From NCBI RefSeq assembly GCF_963921235.1, contig NC_086106.1, forward strand, positions 24,614,001-24,678,000: a DNA stretch of 64,000 nucleotides, written 5' to 3'. A program made the translations under genes and the position numbers. Shown piece after piece: positions 63,961 to 64,000 of this stretch. Within the stretch, counting starts at the first letter, position 1. Each line of letters opens with the position of its first letter. The stretch comes from Mobula hypostoma. Taxonomy: Eukaryota. The notes under the pieces are model-generated. The model saw nothing but the letters and a program-made list of their open reading frames with translations, was not told the origin of the DNA and did not search any database.

Positions 63961-64000
63961 TGTGTTTTACTAACTATTGTTTTGTATATTATTTAGTGTC

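Overview
Vertebrate genomic DNA, inferred to be a cartilaginous fish from its repeat content. It covers part of a T-cell receptor variable-gene array (TRAV/TRDV-like). Six related V segments lie on the + strand, each followed by a 23-bp-spacer RSS or its remnant. V0 (3' end only) is at 2-62. V1 (11643-12123) and V2 (19325-19798) are intact. V3 (40092-40566) has one nonsense codon in its leader. V4 (46653-46959) and V5 (57630-58089) are pseudogenes. The array is built from tandem duplications of an upstream-promoter-leader-V-RSS-downstream cassette. Eight copies of the upstream block each carry a CTCF-type motif in the same orientation. Two cassettes are 'empty': promoter core, leader, V exon and RSS are deleted while the CTCF motif is kept. 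The rest is mostly transposon-derived: CR1, L1, Rex1/Babar, Gypsy pol, solo LTRs, tRNA-derived SINEs, a Chapaev-like DDE fragment, and Penelope-like elements with minimal hammerhead ribozyme motifs, one of them nearly intact. There is a 200-N assembly gap at 26175-26374. No D, J or C segments were found.
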